Of a DNA stretch of 64,000 nt, positions 40,080 through 49,473 are shown piece by piece (position 1 is the first letter of the stretch; the number at the start of each line of letters is the position of its first letter). A model generated the notes under the pieces. It did not search any database. It was not told the origin of the DNA and saw only the letters and a list, made by a program, of their open reading frames with translations. The stretch is from an uncultured Colwellia sp. Lineage in GTDB: Bacteria; Pseudomonadota; Gammaproteobacteria; Enterobacterales; Alteromonadaceae. The stretch is from the NCBI GenBank assembly GCA_965305135.1, contig CBDLPA010000017.1, forward strand, positions 7,620 through 71,619, in the 5' to 3' direction. The translations under genes and the position numbers were made by a program.

Positions 40080-40360
40080 TTTCGAGGTATCTAGTCAATT
40101 TATAATTAAAGCTATTTCTATTTTGTTATTTACACTTAGGTTATGAAAAATACTGGTTTCACCATTAGGCCACTTAACCTCCAAGCGGTTAAATAGTTTA
40201 TCGAGTTGTTGATCATCATGCTTAACAACCGATTCTGATAAATCATTATTAGCGTTTGAGTAAAAAAGAATAATAAAAATGTTAAGGCTTTTTCATCATT
40301 GCATATTGGTTAGATAATTTCTGAGCTTTATTATTTACAATAAATACACACGACTAATAT

Positions 40361-40387
40361 AAAAAAGGCCTACAAAATTGCAGGCCT
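40361..40387 (-). terminator. Terminator after susD
   Basis: Minus strand AGGCCTGCA-ATTT-TGTAGGCCT-TTTTT. Confidence 0.8.
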
Positions 40388-40408
40388 AGGGTTAATGTTA
40401 AGGATTAA

Positions 40409-42115
40409 TTAGTAACCCGGATTTTGAATGTAAATACCACCACTTAAATTGATCTGTAAGTTCGGAATTGGTAAATATTCATGCTTACCTTTTGTAAAAA
40501 CAGCTTCAGCTAAATATGGTTTTCTTCCACTTTCAACGGCTAAATACGCATCAATAGTTTCTTTAGCAATACCCCAACGAATTAAGTCAAAGAAACGAAA
40601 TCCTTCTAAGCCAAGCTCCAAACGACGTTCCCATCGTAACGCTTGACGAGCTTCTTCTTTATCAGCAAAACTTGTGTAATTAGCAACTGAATAGTTACTA
40701 GCATTATTTAATCTACCAGTACTATTAGCTGCCCGCGTACGAATGCTGTTAATAATAGGTAAGGCTTCAGTGAATCGATCTAATTCGATTAATGCTTCTG
40801 CTTTCCATAATAATACATCAGCGTAACGAATTAATACGGTATTCAACGCATACACAGGAAATGGACCATTTTGTACTCTTGCTGGGCTATCAGGGTGTTC
40901 TAAATCCTTCATCCCAACAAAATTACCATAAATACCGGGAGCACGTGCCCAAGAGTCACCACCATGAATTAAAGCCGGATCGTATTTGAATGGCTTACCT
41001 TCCATAGCGACGGTATGATCTAGTCGAGGGTCAACTGCATCTGTGATCACGTAGTTTGAATCATTATAGTTATCAAACATTGGTAAACCACTGGCGTCGG
41101 TTTTGAATGCGTTAACAAAGTTTTCTGTTGGGACATGGAAACCACAACAACCAAAACCGCCACCAAGAGGGGCATTTAACGCACTTGGCCAACTTGCTCG
41201 GCCATCAGGACTACCATCATCGATAGACCGTTGGATAGCAAAAACAGACTCAGCATTATTTTCATACTCAAATAAAAAGTTTTCAGCATAATCCGCTGTT
41301 AAGCTATATACGCCAGAAGCTTCGATTTCTGTAACTAAACTGACAACTTCATTTAACTTTGTATTATCGATAGCTATAACGCTATGTGTTTCATCTTGCA
41401 CATAAGCTTGATTTAACAAGGTTTTGGCTAGATAGGCTTTCGCTGACAAGGCAGAGGCACGACCAACATCTTTTTGTACATCGGGTAAATTAGCCGCTGC
41501 AAAACGAAAATCGTCAGCTATTTTATCCCACAATTGTTGGTCAGTTAAATCTCGATTCGAAGTAGCCAAAATCTCTTCTTGGCTCATTGTTTCATCAATA
41601 TACGGAATATGTTTATGATGAATTTTCAAATCAAAATAAAAGATAGCACGAATAAAACGTAGCTCCGCTTGCTTTTGTGCTACATCAGCGATCGAATCAC
41701 CTTCAGCATTTGCAATAACTTGTAGAGCAGCATTAGTTCTAGAGATGCCGGTATAATTTCTGCCCCATTTTTTATCATTAAGATCAATAAGGTCTGGTGG
41801 AAACGATTCCATTTCCGGTACTAACGGCTCATATAAAGACAAGGCATGGTAGGCAAAAATATCTGAAGGCCCGTTGCCGCCTTTATGAGCATCACCCGCT
41901 CGTAGGTTACCTGTCGGCCAAGTAAAGTTTGGCGCGGTATAATGATCATTACCAAGATACGAATAAGCAGCGATGATCAAGGCATCAACATTTTCAGCAC
42001 TTGCCACTTGTTCTTGAGTTAACACGGATTTAGGGGCAACATCTAAATCGTTTCCACACGAAACAACCGCCATTGATATAAGGCTTGCCGTTAATAATTT
42101 TTTAAAATTTTTCAT
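40409..42115 (-). CDS. susD: RagB/SusD-family glycan-binding lipoprotein
   Basis: Lipobox VVSC, AELRFIRAIFYFDL, IRYADVLLWKAEAL, ERRLELGLEGFRFFDLIRWG, LPIP...QNPGY. Confidence 0.93.
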   Translation of the reverse strand: MKNFKKLLTASLISMAVVSCGNDLDVAPKSVLTQEQVASAENVDALIIAAYSYLGNDHYTAPNFTWPTGNLRAGDAHKGGNGPSDIFAYHALSLYEPLVPEMESFPPDLIDLNDKKWGRNYTGISRTNAALQVIANAEGDSIADVAQKQAELRFIRAIFYFDLKIHHKHIPYIDETMSQEEILATSNRDLTDQQLWDKIADDFRFAAANLPDVQKDVGRASALSAKAYLAKTLLNQAYVQDETHSVIAIDNTKLNEVVSLVTEIEASGVYSLTADYAENFLFEYENNAESVFAIQRSIDDGSPDGRASWPSALNAPLGGGFGCCGFHVPTENFVNAFKTDASGLPMFDNYNDSNYVITDAVDPRLDHTVAMEGKPFKYDPALIHGGDSWARAPGIYGNFVGMKDLEHPDSPARVQNGPFPVYALNTVLIRYADVLLWKAEALIELDRFTEALPIINSIRTRAANSTGRLNNASNYSVANYTSFADKEEARQALRWERRLELGLEGFRFFDLIRWGIAKETIDAYLAVESGRKPYLAEAVFTKGKHEYLPIPNLQINLSGGIYIQNPGY

Positions 42116-42160
42116 AATTTATTCTCAAATTTAGTTCAGTCAATATTTCAAACGTTGTGA

Positions 42161-45118
42161 TTAAAAAGTTAAATCAACACCAATGCTAAAACTTCTTGGA
42201 ATAGGGAATACCTCATTCGGCGTTTCAGGATCTTGACTTAATGTGCCGTTAGGAGTAATCGTAACTAAATTAGCACCTCGTAGGTAGAATCTTGCATCAA
42301 CAATACCGTACTGCTCTAAAAACTGATCATCAGGCGTATAACCAATAGACAAATTTCTTAATTTTAAATAACTGCCATCTTCATAAAAGAAACTTGATTG
42401 TCGACCTTCACCATTATTATCGATAAGCGTTAGCGCCGGTACATTTGAATTAGTATTGGTTTCAGACCAAGCATTTAAAACTCTGTCGCCATAATTCGAA
42501 CCAATATTCAACGAAGTAAAGTCAGTAAACAAACGCCAGTTATTTCTAACTTGGCCACCTTTAACACCTTGCCAGAACATATTGAAATCCCAGTTTTTGT
42601 AGAACAAGGAAACATTAAAGCCATAGGTATAATCTGGATCGGTATCAACAAAGAAATCTTGGTCATTATCAGTAATAACGCCATCGCCATCTAAATCAGC
42701 CCAACGAATTCGACCTAAACCAGCACCTGATTGAGTTGCTGCTGCATCAATTTCTTCTTGGTTTTGAAATAAACCATCAGCAACGTATCCATAAACAGAA
42801 TTGATAGACTGACCTAGAATAGTTTTATCTTGACCATTACCACCGAAAGAATTAATGACATCTTCAGGTAAAGCGGTCACTTTATTTTTTACTGTTGAAA
42901 TATTAAAAGAGATATCAAAGAAGATATCATCATCAAGTGAATCAAAAGTTAGCGCATCTTCATAACCAACAATAACTTCAACACCCGTGTTTTCAATAGT
43001 GCCACCATTCACCCATTTTTGGGCACCTTCACCTAGTGTCGCTATCGGTCTTGTTAGGGTTAAAATATCTTTTGTTTCTTTATCAAACCAATCGATACTG
43101 GCATAAACCGCACCGTTATATAAATTCACATCAATACCAATATTAGTTTGAGTTGATGTTTCCCATTTTAAATCTTCATTTCCTGTTTGTGCACGAACGA
43201 AACCTGAGGGCAATGTGCCGGAATTCGAGCCAGTGATATCATAAGCCGTTCCTTCATCTTGCTGATTAGTAAATAATGATTGTGTCGCATATCTTGGCTC
43301 ATAAGTGGTTGATGTTGCGGTACTTGCAATTTCCTGATTACCGGTTTCCCCCCAACTCGCTCTTAATTTAAATGCGCTTATTGCATCAATATCAAAAAAG
43401 TCTTCATTTGAGATGACCCAGCCACCAGATACAGAAGGGAATGTTCCATACTCATTGGCTGAACCGAATTTTGATGAGCCATCTCGTCTTACTGTCGCAG
43501 ACAACAAATAGCGGTTGTCATAGTTATAATCAGCACGAGCAAACTGTGAATCAAGTTTCCATTCATCTCCACCACCTTCAACACGTATATCTGAAGTTGC
43601 TTGTGAAAGGTGTGTAAAATCTCGAGCATCAGACGCAAAACCTGACCCAAAGGCGGTCGAACCTTCTGTTGAAAAATCTATCTGCTCAATACCGGCTAAG
43701 AAGTTAAAATTATGTTTATCATCTAATACCAGTTTATATTCCGCTGTAGTAGCAAGCGTAATACTTTTATTCCAATTGTTAATTTGAGCTAATTGATCAT
43801 CAAAACTTAACGTACCCGCTTGAAATGCTCTGGTATAGTTACGGAATTTAAATTGACCATAATCAATCCCTAGACTAGTACGAAGCTTTAAATCTTCTAT
43901 TGGGGAGTATTCCACATAAAAATTAGCCATTATTTTATTAAAGGTATTTTTATTATCTCGGTTCATTTCAATAAGACGAACAGGATTGTCTCTATCGGTA
44001 ATGCCCGCTACTGGTCCACCCCAACCACCGACATCATTATGGATAGGTACAATTGATTGTTGCTCAATAGAAAGACCTAAAATGCTTCCAGCTAAATCAT
44101 TAATTAAATTGGATGTTTGGTCAGTAATTAATAAACTTTGCCCTACTTTAAGTTTATCTTCGATTATTTGGTGATCAGAATTTACTCTAAAAGATAATCG
44201 CTCAAATTTGGAGCCATCAACAATGCCTTCCGCTTCATACGAACCGAGCGATGTGTAAAAGTTTGAGGTATCATTACTGCCAGAAATCGACAAATTTAAA
44301 TCAGTGACTTGAGCCGCACGAGTAACTTCGTTAAACCAATTAGTATCAGCAGGTCGCTGAACATTGGCGGAATCGGTGAATGTAGGAAGAATAACGCTAT
44401 TTAACACAGGATTATTAAAATCATTATTCCAATCATAACTGTATAAAGGGCTTGCTGAGTTTGGGTTTGAACCATCGTTTACCGCCGCTTGCCAAACAGC
44501 CTCTCCGCGTTGTTGAGTATTTAAAGGATTTAAATCAAAACTATAATCTTGAAAAGTTTTATTGTAGCGAAAATCTACTTCAAGCTCTTTTGACTCTCCG
44601 CGTTTCGTCGAAACGACAATAACGCCATTGCCTGAACGAGCACCATAAATACTGGCCGCTGCAGCATCTTTAAGAACCTGGATATTTAGAATATCATTAC
44701 CGTTTATTTCATGTAGTCCTGATTTTGTTGGTATACCATCGATAATATATAATGGATCGTTATTACCCAATGGACCAAGGCCTTGCCCACGAACTCTAAC
44801 TGTTGCCCCTGGATTAGGGTTACCACTTGTCGTAATTTGCAAGCCAGGTATTCTACCCTGTAGGTTCTGCATGACATTACCCGATGGTAAGTCAATGATT
44901 TCTTCTAATGCAACGGTTGAAACAGCACCAGTTAAATCATCTTTTTTAATTGTGCTATAGCCTGTTGATACTGTGATGATCTCAATTTCTTGCTCCTCAT
45001 CTACAGTCGTGTCTTGTTCGGCATGAACTAATGTCATGGGAAGTAATAGTAATAGCGAACTAGTTTTTATAGCTGCTTTCACCATCACTGTCAGTGGATT
45101 AAGTTTAAAGTCTTTCAT
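42161..45118 (-). CDS. susC: SusC/RagA-family TonB-dependent transporter
   Basis: KDDLTGAVSTV, PLYIIDG, IQVLKDAAAASIYGARSGNGVIVVSTKRG, ATVRRDGSSKFG, DLKWETSTQTNIG, EDGSYLKLRNLSIGY. Confidence 0.95.
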   Translation of the reverse strand: MKDFKLNPLTVMVKAAIKTSSLLLLLPMTLVHAEQDTTVDEEQEIEIITVSTGYSTIKKDDLTGAVSTVALEEIIDLPSGNVMQNLQGRIPGLQITTSGNPNPGATVRVRGQGLGPLGNNDPLYIIDGIPTKSGLHEINGNDILNIQVLKDAAAASIYGARSGNGVIVVSTKRGESKELEVDFRYNKTFQDYSFDLNPLNTQQRGEAVWQAAVNDGSNPNSASPLYSYDWNNDFNNPVLNSVILPTFTDSANVQRPADTNWFNEVTRAAQVTDLNLSISGSNDTSNFYTSLGSYEAEGIVDGSKFERLSFRVNSDHQIIEDKLKVGQSLLITDQTSNLINDLAGSILGLSIEQQSIVPIHNDVGGWGGPVAGITDRDNPVRLIEMNRDNKNTFNKIMANFYVEYSPIEDLKLRTSLGIDYGQFKFRNYTRAFQAGTLSFDDQLAQINNWNKSITLATTAEYKLVLDDKHNFNFLAGIEQIDFSTEGSTAFGSGFASDARDFTHLSQATSDIRVEGGGDEWKLDSQFARADYNYDNRYLLSATVRRDGSSKFGSANEYGTFPSVSGGWVISNEDFFDIDAISAFKLRASWGETGNQEIASTATSTTYEPRYATQSLFTNQQDEGTAYDITGSNSGTLPSGFVRAQTGNEDLKWETSTQTNIGIDVNLYNGAVYASIDWFDKETKDILTLTRPIATLGEGAQKWVNGGTIENTGVEVIVGYEDALTFDSLDDDIFFDISFNISTVKNKVTALPEDVINSFGGNGQDKTILGQSINSVYGYVADGLFQNQEEIDAAATQSGAGLGRIRWADLDGDGVITDNDQDFFVDTDPDYTYGFNVSLFYKNWDFNMFWQGVKGGQVRNNWRLFTDFTSLNIGSNYGDRVLNAWSETNTNSNVPALTLIDNNGEGRQSSFFYEDGSYLKLRNLSIGYTPDDQFLEQYGIVDARFYLRGANLVTITPNGTLSQDPETPNEVFPIPRSFSIGVDLTF

Positions 45119-45164
45119 TATAGTTATATTTCCTTAAAGCTAATGTATCTATGCTAAATATGAA

Positions 45165-45227
45165 TCAACGTTGTTATTCTTTATTTTAGAATCACCCCTA
45201 ATAAACACCACAATAAAACAACGTTGT
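45165..45227. promoter_or_regulatory. Two LacI-type operators upstream of susC
   Basis: TCAACGTTGT at 45165-45174 and ACAACGTTGT at 45218-45227. Confidence 0.8.
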
Positions 45228-45676
45228 CTTTTAAGGGTAATAAACTATTGAGCAATTATCAAACATTATTTCACAATATTATTTTTTTATTTTTAAAAAA
45301 TGAGCATTGACATAACAAAACACAAAAATAATAATTAAAAAACAATATATTACACTAATTATAATTCAGAAGATTTTGATGATTATTACTTTAAAAATAC
45401 GAACATGATATTTAAAACTTGCCTCATTAATATTCTGAGAGAGCCTAGTTCTTTTAACGGCTATAAAATTTAATTTTCTACTTATTTCAACGACAATTAA
45501 GAATAAGAACTATTTAACTTAGATTAATAACTTTTAATAATTACGCTTAAAATATGACTTATGATGAAAACCAACAAATCAAAAAAAACGTAATAAGTTG
45601 TTTTACATTAATATTTTTAATTAACTCATGAGTATAGATATTATTTTCTATATTTTAATTTTTGAACCTTTTTAGA

Positions 45677-45686
45677 ACAACGTTGT
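45677..45686. promoter_or_regulatory. Distal LacI-type operator ACAACGTTGT
   Basis: Perfect palindrome about 560 bp upstream of susC. Confidence 0.72.
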
Positions 45687-45796
45687 CGAACATTAAAATA
45701 AAATAAATTACTTTAATATTTTATTTTTGAAAAAAAACGAGGTAACAAAAAAATTTTAATAACTAATATTACTTCATAACACTTTGATTAAAATTA

Positions 45797-45832
45797 AAAA
45801 ACTCAATTTAAGTGGCCTTAAATTGAGTTTTT
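45797..45832 (-). terminator. Terminator after the multidomain GH32
   Basis: AAAAACTCAATTTAAG-tggc-CTTAAATTGAGTTTTT. Confidence 0.85.
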
Positions 45833-45876
45833 ATGTTAATACCAAACTTATCCCTGTTTAGCCGGTAATTTCCTGA

Positions 45877-48684
45877 TTATTTAGTAAATCGAGCTAACCC
45901 GGTAACTGAAATATTATCAGCGGTTGAATATAAACCAACTTCATAATCGGCTAATTCATACAGCCTAAAACTTAATGCTCTAAAATCATTCATATATACA
46001 GCCCCTACACCTGCAGCAGGATCTAATAAAACATCTATTTTGACACCGGTAGTTAAGTCCAGCGGTAAACTAACAGTTGGATTCGAGCTATTGTTTATAT
46101 CTCCTTCAAAATAGAATTTAGCTTGATTTGAGCCAGCATCAATTTCGACAAAGGCATTTTTATCGGCTTCTCCTTCTGTTGCTTTACGCAATTGAATACC
46201 AAATTTAGCATCAGCATTATCGCTGGTGACGGTCATTGTAATTCTATTTTTGTTTGCACTCGGCGCTAACGTTATTGCCGAATCACTAGTCAAGCTTGGG
46301 TTTGTCTCCGACGCAGTTACCGAACCGTTAGTCCACACTGAGGTGGTTGCCATTGTAGTGGCTATACCATCTCGTAATTTTTGTGGTAATTGAACACTTA
46401 ATGCACCGTTTGATTGTGTCACTTGATGCACCATGAGATCACCACCCCAATCTGGCGCATTGCCATCAACACGACCAACATTATGCGCTACCCATCCAAA
46501 CAATAATCGTTCTTCATTATTACCTGCTGTTCTAGCTGCATAAAAAGCACGTCCATCAAGAGCTTCATACTCAGGTTTTCCCCAAGTTGTATTATCTTGA
46601 GTTAAGTATTTAACTTGGCGAGAGTCATCTCTTTGATCAGAATAAACAATAAATGATGTATCTGTTAACGTAAAATAATCAGCTACTTCTAAATTTAAAT
46701 TAGACGTTTCAGAATATAAAGGTGTCTCTGCGCTCCAATTACTTAAATCAGTAGAGGTGTAAAGCCCAATTGCTGCTTTTGATTGATAACGAGATGTAAT
46801 TAACATCCAGTATTTCTGTGCATTAGCATTCCAAAATACTAATGGATCTCGAAAATCGAAATCACTATAGCCATCTGTGCCACTAAAAGTATCTGCCGCA
46901 ACAGGCTGCCATTCTGCCAAGGTATTATCTTTGGCTGTAGCATGCATTACCGCTTCTACAGGGTTAAAATCTGTATTGTGACCAGTATAGAACAGGTGAT
47001 ATTGCCCTTCTTGATCTTCAATTACACTACCTGAGCCTATCCACTGGTCTTGCTTAGCAGGGTTACCCGATGCTGCTAATACTTCTTGAGGGAAAGTCGA
47101 AGTTAATAAGTCATCCGTTTTTGCTAAACTCCATGAATGAAAGCCACTATTTTGTAAGTAATATATATAATAGCTGCCATTGTCATAAAAGGGATTTGGA
47201 TCTCCCAAATCCAATTTTAAATCTTGAGATTGTCCAACAGTAGTGGAAACAACTGAATCTTGAGAAGGAATAATTGCCGCTCTATCGCCTTGTCTAATTT
47301 CATCAACTAGCACAAAAGCTAAAGAGCCATCATCTTCACTTGCATCATGTTGATCTATTATTTCAATAACGGCTTTTTGACCAATCAGACTAGAGACATC
47401 CCAACTATACCAATCAATTTTGGTTGCTTCGCCATTACCCGTAGCATGTCTTACTATTTTGCCATTGACTCTTAATACCATAGCGGTTGCTTTATCACTG
47501 CTATAAGCGTTAGTACCACCACCTATTAAAAAATTAATATATTTTTCGTTGATAGTAAAAATAGGTGTTACCAAAGTACCTGTTGCGCCATCGCCAATCC
47601 AACCTAAAGCAGTACCATCTTCTTCAAATCCATCAGCACGGCTTGAAAACACTCGTTCACCAAGATGATTAGTAATATCGGCTCCCCAAAAACCACCATC
47701 AAGTTTAATAAAGTCACCTGTAACGTTAAAGTTGTGTTCTTGATAGGTGTTATATTGTCCACAACAAAATTCAAAGCCAGCAATATTTTGACCCGGATCG
47801 GTAATTCGTGTGAATGCAGCACTACCATTTGATTCTGGTGAACTTGCCAAAGGAGCTGTTGTTAATACAACACTTGCTGTATCAGGTATTTTTGCTGGCT
47901 TGTCTGCTGCTCTAAATTCATCGGCTAAGATATAAGGAACTGCGCCATCAGAATTATCGGCTGGATGCATATCAATAAATTTAATTTGTGCGGTCTGCCC
48001 GGCTAAATCTTTTACACTCCAGCTATCCCATTCAATAGTATTTTGTTGATTTTTCCCTGTCGATTGACGCACAACTTTGTTATCAACAACTAAGGTTACA
48101 GCCGTTGTATTTGCAGCGCCAAATGCATTGTCTCCACCACCAACTAAAAAGTTAATATAATCTTTACTTATAGTGAAACTTGGGCTCATTACCGTACCCG
48201 TGGCCGTTGGACCAACCTGCGCAGCAGATGTATCGGAATCCGAATCAAAACCATCTCCATAACTAGAAAAAACGCGTTCCCCAATATGGCCAACAACGTC
48301 AGCTCCCCAAAAACCACCATCCAACTCTATAAAATCACCTGTAGCATCTGTGAATTCGTGTTCTTGATAAGCATCAAAACCTCCACAGCAAAACTCGAAA
48401 CCAGCGATATTTTGCCCCGGTTCAGCACTTCGAATAAACAATGCTGAACCTTCATTTTCAGGCTCAGTTGTTACCACAACATCACCAGAATCTGGTGTAT
48501 CAGGAGATTCTCCTCCTGGATTTAAAATATCATCAACCGTCTGCCCTTCTTCTAATACAATTAATTCAACATTACTTGGTGGTGCCGTAAATTGATCATC
48601 ACTACCGCATCCCGAAATAATCATTGCGCCAATGCAAAGAGCACTTCGCAACATAAATTGATTTAGCTTGAATTGATTATTCAT
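45877..48684 (-). CDS. Multidomain GH32 lipoprotein (endo-fructanase-like catalytic domain with two tandem N-terminal modules)
   Basis: Lipobox ISGC; two repeats of about 195 aa; catalytic part GDPNPFY, WIGSGSVI, FRDPLVFW, LEVADYF, WGGDLMVH resembling the BT1760-type endo-levanase. Confidence 0.8.
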   Translation of the reverse strand: MNNQFKLNQFMLRSALCIGAMIISGCGSDDQFTAPPSNVELIVLEEGQTVDDILNPGGESPDTPDSGDVVVTTEPENEGSALFIRSAEPGQNIAGFEFCCGGFDAYQEHEFTDATGDFIELDGGFWGADVVGHIGERVFSSYGDGFDSDSDTSAAQVGPTATGTVMSPSFTISKDYINFLVGGGDNAFGAANTTAVTLVVDNKVVRQSTGKNQQNTIEWDSWSVKDLAGQTAQIKFIDMHPADNSDGAVPYILADEFRAADKPAKIPDTASVVLTTAPLASSPESNGSAAFTRITDPGQNIAGFEFCCGQYNTYQEHNFNVTGDFIKLDGGFWGADITNHLGERVFSSRADGFEEDGTALGWIGDGATGTLVTPIFTINEKYINFLIGGGTNAYSSDKATAMVLRVNGKIVRHATGNGEATKIDWYSWDVSSLIGQKAVIEIIDQHDASEDDGSLAFVLVDEIRQGDRAAIIPSQDSVVSTTVGQSQDLKLDLGDPNPFYDNGSYYIYYLQNSGFHSWSLAKTDDLLTSTFPQEVLAASGNPAKQDQWIGSGSVIEDQEGQYHLFYTGHNTDFNPVEAVMHATAKDNTLAEWQPVAADTFSGTDGYSDFDFRDPLVFWNANAQKYWMLITSRYQSKAAIGLYTSTDLSNWSAETPLYSETSNLNLEVADYFTLTDTSFIVYSDQRDDSRQVKYLTQDNTTWGKPEYEALDGRAFYAARTAGNNEERLLFGWVAHNVGRVDGNAPDWGGDLMVHQVTQSNGALSVQLPQKLRDGIATTMATTSVWTNGSVTASETNPSLTSDSAITLAPSANKNRITMTVTSDNADAKFGIQLRKATEGEADKNAFVEIDAGSNQAKFYFEGDINNSSNPTVSLPLDLTTGVKIDVLLDPAAGVGAVYMNDFRALSFRLYELADYEVGLYSTADNISVTGLARFTK

Positions 48685-48781
48685 TATCTAACCCCTCTAA
48701 TTACTTTGAGTTGCACACTATTATTATTTTATTAGGTGCTTTTTGTATCTGTGGCTACCGTTAAAGTACAACACGAAATAA

Positions 48782-48887
48782 ACAACGTTGTCCATTTAAC
48801 GATAAAAAAATGCGATATTGAATCATATCGCAGGATTTTTTAACCACATCAACAAAAAACAATACACTGAATTAGACAACGTTGTCT
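48782..48887. promoter_or_regulatory. Two LacI-type operators upstream of the multidomain GH32
   Basis: ACAACGTTGT at 48782-48791 and extended AGACAACGTTGTCT at 48874-48887. Confidence 0.82.
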
Positions 48888-49156
48888 ACATGATGATTAA
48901 GTTTATTTATTAAATACAATTTTTTAATATCTACCCCTTGTCCTGTTTCTTACATTACAAGCAACAAAATTAAATAGTTACTCCAAGTTTTCATCTTTTA
49001 AAATAACGCATCGACAGGTGTTTCTAGATTGTATTTCTATAGGTTGAATTAAATAACTAGTTACCGTGGAGTCTTAGATCTTAAACAGACAGTTCTAAAT
49101 CATATTTTATACTCTAAGGTGTTAAGTGCCCCGTAGCGCCTTAGAAAATTAAATTT

Positions 49157-49278
49157 ATGTCAGCTATATGATCCGAAAGTTGACCTTCTTATTCAGGAGG
49201 ATTTTATGTCCGCTTTGCGCACAAAGTGATCGTTAATAATTCAAATATGAACGACCGCTGTGGTAACTTTTGCGACTG
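49157..49278. repeat. Three tandem ~30-bp imperfect palindromes at ~45-50 bp spacing
   Basis: ATGTCAGCTAT...AAGTTGACCT (49157), ATGTCCGCTTTGCGCACAAAGTGATCGTT (49206), ACGACCGCTGTG...TTGCGACTG (49251). Confidence 0.6.
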
Positions 49279-49473
49279 TCATATTTGATAAAAACCTATT
49301 TAATCAAAGTGCCAGTTCAGGTTCATTTCGAGGGGATGGACACAACCCCATATAAGAGCTCGTTAGGCTAAGAAACAAAAAAGATGAGCATAACGCTCAC
49401 CTTTTTAGTTGTAGTGATTTTTAAGATCAACTTAAAATAATTTAAACTTGTCTTAATAAAAATATTTATATGA

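Noticed and set aside
39758-40105. 115-aa plus-strand ORF between the sugar porter and susD
   Set aside because: No motif or RBS, runs against the locus orientation and spans an operator; the minus-strand decayed-gene reading is more plausible.
49157-49278. CRISPR array
   Set aside because: Only three degenerate repeats with spacers of 15-20 bp and no cas genes; reported as a palindrome cluster instead.
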